Below are positions 43,602 through 50,243 of a DNA stretch of 50,243 nucleotides, in pieces; the first letter of the stretch is position 1; every line of letters begins with the position of its first letter. The translations under genes were made by a program, and so were the position numbers. The stretch spans positions 1 through 50,243 of the forward strand of contig DF237571.1 of NCBI GenBank assembly GCA_000708835.1. The letters run 5' to 3'. The notes below the pieces were generated by a model. The model worked only from the letters and a program-made list of their open reading frames with translations. It searched no databases and was not told the origin of the DNA. The stretch comes from Klebsormidium nitens (taxonomy: Eukaryota; Plantae; Klebsormidiophyceae).

Positions 43602-43861
43602 TATGTACTTACCAGTGATCGTGGCGAAATTGCTTTCTGAAATGCGCATACACTAATTGCTGGTGCGCAAATTCACCCTAATTGGCGAAATTGGGGGCGC
43701 GCCCGCGGCTTTGGCCGCGCGGCCGCGAGCGCGCGGCACCTACGCTCGCGCGGCCGCCGCGCCCCGCTGAGTGCTAAGTGATCGCGGGTAAAGGATCGAT
43801 GCAACGGAGTCACGGTGGTAATGGTTTGGTTTACAGAGCGCAAAACGAGTACTCAGTAGTC

Positions 43862-43950
43862 GAGGCGTGCCGCAGCCCGGAATTGAACCCGCGATCTGCC
43901 GAGGCCGACGTTCGCGAAGGTCCTCGGTCTTTCCACTAGTCCATTCCCTC
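43862..43950 (-). pseudogene. Degenerate tRNA-like sequence with Pol III A and B boxes (tRNA pseudogene or tRNA-derived SINE head)
   Basis: The minus strand reads TGGACTAGTGG (A-box-like) AAAGA CCGAGG...CCTCGG (anticodon-stem-like) CAGATC GCGGGTTCAATTCC (B box). The acceptor stem does not pair and the anticodon loop is non-canonical, so this is not an intact tRNA. Confidence 0.4.
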
Positions 43951-44431
43951 CAGGTTATGAAGGGGCCTTCTTAATTTTTATATACTGGGTTTTGAGACTG
44001 AATATGATGTGAGCAGTCTAGCCACTGTCAGTATTGTGGCCAGTCTCAGAAAGCTGCGGCGCTCAGCTTTCAGGGAGGAGGAGGCATCTTTCTCAGAAAA
44101 GCACCACCAGTCTTTTGTGAGAGCTTTCAGCTGAAAGCACTTGTTTGTGGTGTCTGAAGTCTTGGTCTGGAAGAATTACTCAGAAAGGGCAAGTTCTTTC
44201 GACAGGAGAGCTGGCTACATTGAATATGCAAGAATGTTCCTGATTCAGGTTAGCAAGGCCCTAGAATGCAAGGGTAGGCTCCAACAGGACCACTTGGCAG
44301 TAGGTATCAGCTGCAGCAGGGAAGTGCCTCGTAATAGCAATTAAGATCTCATGGTGGCACCTTCCAATATCCCATTACGAGCCTGCATAAAAACACCAGT
44401 GATAAAAGCTTCTTGAAGCAGTTATATAAAT

Positions 44432-47400
44432 ATGTTGCGTTTAAGTTCTGAGGTTGACGCAAGGTCTCAGGAAGTAGAATTTCGTTTAGTTGCAGCTGAT
44501 TCATCATTTCATACATGGAAGTTCACAGAACCCTTGACATCAGCTAAAGGTGACATCGAGGCTGCCCTTGGCCGGCCGGTAGTGACTGAAGTGGTGCTTT
44601 TAACGGCGCCTGCCACATTGACTCCACTGCAGGCCTACATGTATTTTGCTCAGATCAAAGACAGGTCTGGTGGAAAGCAGTATCAGTATCAGAAGTATTA
44701 TGGCAGCGCCGAGAGGTTCTTGCAATGCTCAAACCTAAGGTTTGAGACGCAGCATTCCCTTGGGAAGCTGCGGGCGATGCTAACCAAAGCTCGGAATGAA
44801 AGGACAGGCAAAGGGAAACTTGCAATGGCTGTTAAAATCCTTCGAGCGGAAGTGGTTGAAATTGAACCCAATCCACATTGGCAGATCTTAAGGTGAGGAC
44901 ATATGGTATGAGTGCTCACGATTGTCTTCGTAGAAAGGGCCAGTATCGCCATTTTGCTCTCTGTTTTCCCGCTGCCCATGTGCCCACCTAAGATATGGTC
45001 AGGCCTTTTTGGTCCTGTGCAATGCGAAAGAGGCAATCAGATGAGCGGCGACACTAGCGTCTGAGGTCAGCAGTGCAGGGGTTTAGATGCACTTCTCACC
45101 GACGTGCTTTTTTGGAGTGTCCGTACGGCCCCGACAGCAGCTCCACCCCCTGATGATCCTTGCAATCACATCACCCAATGAATCTGATCAACTCCAGGGG
45201 CAAGTGTTGCTTACAGGAACTAATAACTACTTTGATAGTCTCAGCGAGAGTCCTTCAGACCCGTGCTGTCCCTTTGATTGACTCTGTGGCAGTTCGATCT
45301 GGAGGCCTGTTGTTTGTGAGGCCTTTGGCAGCAGAGCCTGGAATGAGCCAGTATTGTAATCTGCTAGCCTCACCTCACAGCTCATGTTGATGTTGTATCA
45401 GGAACGACGACGCTGGAGTCGAACGTGCTGAAAGGAGTGGCGGAGTCTTCAATGAAGGTGCACATCAAGAGGTGAGCCCATGGTAGAAGCTATGCTTGTA
45501 AGAAGACTTACTATTCAGCCACAACCGCAGAGCATTCTTTTAAGCCCTCCCTTGCATATCTTCTGGTGTTGTCATTGTTGTCCTCAGGGGAAGCGGCTTC
45601 ACTGCCGTGGAGGTGACGAATTGGCTGCACGCTTGCAGCTTTCAGGGACTTGAAAATTCTTAGCTGTTGATCCGTTCGTTCACACCGGCCTGCTGACCTC
45701 TTGGTTTTATCCTTCCTGTTCTGCTCGAGTCTCTGAGGTTGGCAACACCTAAATGTAGCCAAATAACTGACCATATACATGTGCTGAACGCGCGCAGGAA
45801 GGTGGTTCCTATCGTGGAGCATCAGAGGTTCCAAGAGATACTTCTCAGTCCGACGCGGCCAAGGTGATACGCTTAACTTTCTAACTTTTTTTGACATTCC
45901 ACTTGTTTGCTAACGATAAAGAATCACATCAGAGCTATTTGCCAACTCCGAAGCTGCCCCGGACATGATTCATAACTTCAGATCAGTATCTCCGATGATT
46001 TAAGTGCGGGGTTCGTTTGAAGCATGAGGTACTACTTCTGGAGCAACTTCGTAAAAGTTCGTACATGAGTTACTTCTATTACTGCTTGGGCTCATCGGGT
46101 TACAGCGCTTTTGTGGAAACAAGCATGGTCAACTTTTCTGAGCAACATTGTGACGGCGTACTCAGGTCTTGCTGGCAAGTTGTACAAGATGGTAATTGCC
46201 CTGCGTTCAGGTATCAGGACCGCAGCTCGAGAGCTCCGCTGCGGAGGCTCTGCTCGGACTTGGAGCGGGCGCCGTCCATTGCGAGCTGTCGGAGCATGCG
46301 TGCAGGGGCAGGGAGAGCCAGCCATTTCCTTTGCAGTCGCAGCAAGCGCAGGTAAGATCTGATACTTATGCTTGGAAATGGCGCTTCGATTCGTTTTAAC
46401 CAGCATCTCTGTATCGAGCCGCGTCATTTCACGCTCCTCTACAAGGACTCTTCGCATCCTGCTCTGTGAGCGTTCCAATGTATATCGCCGCAAAAATGGC
46501 ACCGTCCGTGGTACTACGTCGGATGAAAGAGTTTGGATATCTGGCCACGTGGTCATCGAGAGTGGTGTACACGTGGAACATTAGATCCGCTACGCTTTTG
46601 CTTCCGCTATCGCTTTCGTTTCCACGCTTTGCTTCCGGTTCCGCTTCCATTTTGGTGTATGCTTTTGCTTCCGCTTTCGTATCCGCGTTGGTGTCGTTCC
46701 GCTTTCTGCTTCCGCTTCCCTTCCGCTTCCGCTTCGCTTTCGCTTTGGCTGGGGCTGCTGCTGCCGCTCCTGCTTCCGCTTCCGCTTCCCCTACCAAGTT
46801 GGGAATCGTTTTGCTTTGGCTCCGTTCCGCTTCCGCTTTCCGCTTCCGCCTCCTCTTCCGTTCTTTCCGGACTTTGCTTCCGCTTCGGCTTCCATTTCGC
46901 TTCGCTTTGCTGAGGCCGCTTCCGCTTCCGTGTCATTTCCGATTTCTTTTCCGCTCTTACCTCCGGTTCTGCTTCGCCTTTGGAACGAGTCCGCTTCGGT
47001 TCCGGTTCCGCTGTCGCTTCCGTTTCCGCTGTCATCCGTCCCGGTTCGCTTTTGCTTCCATTTTGAGTATCGGTCAAGTGCTGAAGGCATCTCGTGTTCT
47101 AAGTTCTGTGATCTCAAGCTTCCAAGGGAGTTGCTTGTGAGTTCGAATTCGCAACCATATTTGAACGCCCGGTTCCGAAACTAACATTGTCGGTTGAGTT
47201 AGATCGAGAAACACCGCTCCTGATTCGTCCAACTCGCCCTGAATGCTTCGCTCATTTTACTGAGATAGAAATGCTACTAGGTCCATGTAAGACAACGACG
47301 CAGTCTTGTCGTAAGGGCAGAAATGCTCGCCAGCACAAACTTCTGCTGACCATTGAAAGGTGCACTGCTCCTTTGCAGGTTGAGGGGGCCAACCCGAGAA

Positions 47401-48338
47401 CGAAGACGGCAGACCACCTCGCCACAGGTCCTGATTCGGGGGCTAGTTGTGCTCCTCCGCCCGCTAAGCCGACTGTCCACCACCGAAATTTGGAAGAGCT
47501 TTTCTGCTTAACTACTACCGAGACTATAATCCTGGGCGGTATTCTTGGAGAGGGTCGTTATGGCACCGTCTATGAAGCGTCTCTGGCTGGTGATGACTGG
47601 CCAAATTGGCTTCGGAAACTGGCTCTAGTTGTCAAGGTTCCAAAATCAGAGTTTGTGGGAGGTTCGGCCGGTCAAACTGGTCGAGGTAGGCTCTTGGAAG
47701 AGTTCCTTCTAGGTTCGATTCGGCATCCATCACTTTCCGGCTGCCTCGCTTTCGTCAAGTCGCCCCCGTTTTGGGCACTCTTTGAACGATGTAATCGTGG
47801 TAGCTTGTGGCAAGCCATCCGAATGGCAAGTCAACAGGGAGTCGAGCAGCGCTTTCTTGATGTAGTAAGGACGAACGGGATTGCTCTGGTGGTACAACTG
47901 GCGGAGGGTGTAAGTTATCTTCACTCTAAGGGTTTGGTTCATTGTGACCTCCACGAAGGAAACATTCTGCTCCACGAGGCGGACGGGTCGGTCAGGCTTC
48001 GGATCTCGGACTTCGGCCTCTGTAGGAGAGTGTCAGATGAGCGTTGCTCGAAGCAGATACGCACTTTAGAAAGGGATCACTTCAGAAGACGCAATCCGCA
48101 CGTTGCTCCAGAGCTTTTGAACGGCGAGGTATTCACCGAGGCCACAGACATGTGGGCGGTCGGCTACTTAGTGCAGAGGATTTTGGGGCTTGATAGGCAA
48201 ACGAACGCGCCCCTTTTTGGCGAGAACAAAGTACAGATTCCGGACCATGTTGCGCGAGTAATTATGAGATGTTGTATTTCTTCCCGAAAGGACAGGCCCT
48301 CGGCCAAGAAGCTTTTGGAAGCTTTTCAAAACTTATGA
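44432..48338 (+). CDS. Predicted 4-exon gene (44432-44892, 45402-45471, 46211-46351, 47379-48338; about 543 aa): unrecognised N-terminal domain, linker and divergent non-RD Ser/Thr/Tyr-like kinase
   Basis: The kinase domain in the last exon is clear (GEGRYGTVY, LVVKVPK, LHSKGLVHCDLHEGNIL, ISDFGLC, HVAPELL, DMWAVG, DRPSA). The upstream exons are inferred from GT-AG sites whose phases (2/0/0) chain without stops. Kinase call is high confidence; the full model and start are moderate. Confidence 0.7.
46590..47060. repeat. Degenerate hexamer minisatellite (TTCCGC/GCGGAA)n inside the predicted kinase-gene intron
   Basis: A dense run of ttccgc/ttcgct/tccgct units gives low-complexity ORFs in several frames (SASAS, FRFRF, EAEAE, SGSGS, RKRKR). 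Confidence 0.85.
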
Positions 48339-49754
48339 TTATATTCTTATTGTTGATTTCGCTTTCAAGTTTCAGTCGATCACGTACATTCCTTTGTAAC
48401 CGTTTTGACCAGATTGCATATCGTAGTTAGCATAGGTCGATCATGTATGAATGTCTTCAATCTTCTGCATGCCCGATTCTGCCAAAGCGTAAATGATTAA
48501 TATTGTTGCCGCGGCGGCTGGATCTTTTGCATGCTACGATCTGTGCCCTTTAATTTTACCAACATATGCAGCGCCCTAAACGACCGTACTCTTTCAATCA
48601 TATATGATGTCAAGCCCATCTGATCGCGCGTGAGCCCGCGCGTGAGACGGACTCGTAATCGGAGTTGACTTGCATGATTGAATCGTAGCTGGCACGTAAA
48701 CTAGTCATGCATGACCTAAGATCCAATATGCTGGCCAGGTCCGTCCTTCGTTCGAAATATATGTCTAGCTTGTTGACCGGACATGATGCCACCGTCATGC
48801 GGCTCACTGGTATACGCTCCGAACAGATTCAAATCTTCGAAACCTTGTTGCAAGGGACGCACTCCGTAAATTGACGAGTACGTTTCGACGCGCAACTTAG
48901 ATGACGGTGTCCAAAGCAATTAATGCATACAATCACTCGGACATATATGGCCTTCAAAGCTTCGAAGCTACAGCCTGTACATAGTAATATGTGAATATGA
49001 CTACTTGTCTACATGTATGACTCCGGTTTGGTTGAAGCGTCATAGATTTTTGCGTGCACGTTTGTCCAAGCGCCGCGCATGGCATGATACTTGGACCAAT
49101 TCGAAGCATACTAGGCAGCATGTACGACTCGTAGAATTAGTTGACCATTTATATGCAACCAGCCATGGCATAAGTGGTCGGAGTGGCACGCGTAGAGCTT
49201 TCAGGCTAGATCAGGTGTGTCTACATGATCGTAAGACTCCGGGTGCATGCCATGCTGGTCAAGCTACGGTCGGCGCGCTTATCTTTGACCGAGCCCGGCC
49301 GCAAGAGATCTATTCACATATGCACACTTTGCACGCGACAACATGCTTCAGCCATGCTTATTCCACCGTCTAGTGCTAATGTGATTCACTTTTTCACATC
49401 CTTGAAAAGAGACTCCGAGTCTAATCAAACACGCTGATTTGTCCCAAGTACTAGCTAGCATAACTAGCCTGTTGCATCTAAGCATGCAAAGGGTTCAGCG
49501 CCAAAAGCTAGGATGAACGTTGTTGTCGTCCAGAATCTAGGGATTTTCTATGCGGTCGGAATGTTGTATGGAATCTATAAGTGACAGCAGTCGGAACGAA
49601 GATCCTCTACCTGGTTACGGACTGAAAGAACAACTTCCAAAGAAAGGGTCCCTAGAATAAACAATCGCAGTGTTTTGCAACGCCTAGAATAGATATGTTC
49701 GAGCACGCTTTCGGATCAGATCAAAAGGTAGTAATCTCTTGAGGAGCGAGAGCT

Positions 49755-50214
49755 CTAGCTCGTGGGCCTGTCGTTCAGGAACTGCCGTGCCAACTCCGCT
49801 GCGTCAAAGTCCTCGCCCTCGTAATTGCCAAGATCGGTGTGAACGGCAGGTTGTTGCGAAGGTAAGAACGGATTGTCTCCAAAGATGGGGTCGTCAAGGT
49901 CGTAGTACTCCTCGACGAGAATTTTCGTGCAGCTGATCGCGCCTAGGGAGTCATCAGCCAGGTCATCCTCATAGAAGGACCTCAGGATGGCTGAGCGCTC
50001 TTCGGGCGTCGCTGCAGCGTCCTCGTCGATCTCCAGCAAGGGATCTTCGGGAGTCGTGATGCCCTCAGCAGGAAGGGCTTGCTCAAGAGCAGGGGCGTTT
50101 GGAGTAGAGTTTGCGGTTGCCGCAGCCGGAGCAGCAGCGGCGGTGTTCGCCCCGTTGACCTCAACAGGACGCAACGGTTCCGGAGCCTCGATCGGACGTG
50201 GGGCCTTCGGAACC
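49755..50214 (-). CDS. Last exon of an unknown acidic, Pro/Ala-rich protein; gene continues beyond the window
   Basis: A strong acceptor (cttgtttttccag|G) at about 50215 is followed by a 460-nt open frame (VPKAPRPIEAPEPLRPVEV...FYEDDLADDSLG...EEYYDLDDPIFGDNPFL...). No family recognised. Confidence 0.55.
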
Positions 50215-50243
50215 CTGGAAAAACAAGCGAGAATATGTTGAGG

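Noticed and set aside
43693-43790. GC hairpin as a Helitron 3' terminus
   Set aside because: No CTRR followed by T at a suitable distance on either strand.
46429-47184. ORFs of 108-224 aa in five frames taken as real proteins
   Set aside because: They are produced by the hexamer minisatellite, which lacks stops in most frames. The region fits better as an intron.

Overview
Eukaryotic nuclear DNA with compact, intron-rich genes and GC-rich exons. The gene repertoire is land-plant-like, and my inference is a streptophyte alga such as Klebsormidium (not verifiable here). Eight spliced genes were rebuilt by hand from splice sites and homology: a plastid BASS2-type Na+/pyruvate symporter (+), an MBD protein (-), plastid ribose-5-phosphate isomerase (+), a CTR1/EDR1-type B3 Raf kinase (-), a PH/coiled-coil protein (-), a SAC3/GANP (LENG8/THP3-type) protein (+), a TauE/SafE-family membrane protein (+) and an HDHD3-like HAD hydrolase (-). 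The right end (43.2-50.2 kb) looks accessory. It holds a TA-flanked MITE, a GC hairpin, a degenerate tRNA-like Pol III head, and a phase-consistent 4-exon gene joining an unrecognised N-terminal domain to a divergent non-RD kinase (HCDLHEGN) with a (GCGGAA)n minisatellite in an intron. It ends with the last exon of an unknown acidic protein. Other non-genic structure includes a second TA-flanked MITE with 54-bp TIRs, a 90-bp near-perfect palindrome, a possible decayed SWIM/Mutator remnant, GGTACC clusters and CATG-rich intergenic patches. No CRISPR array, rRNA or intact tRNA was seen. Exon coordinates were read by eye and may be off by a few bases.
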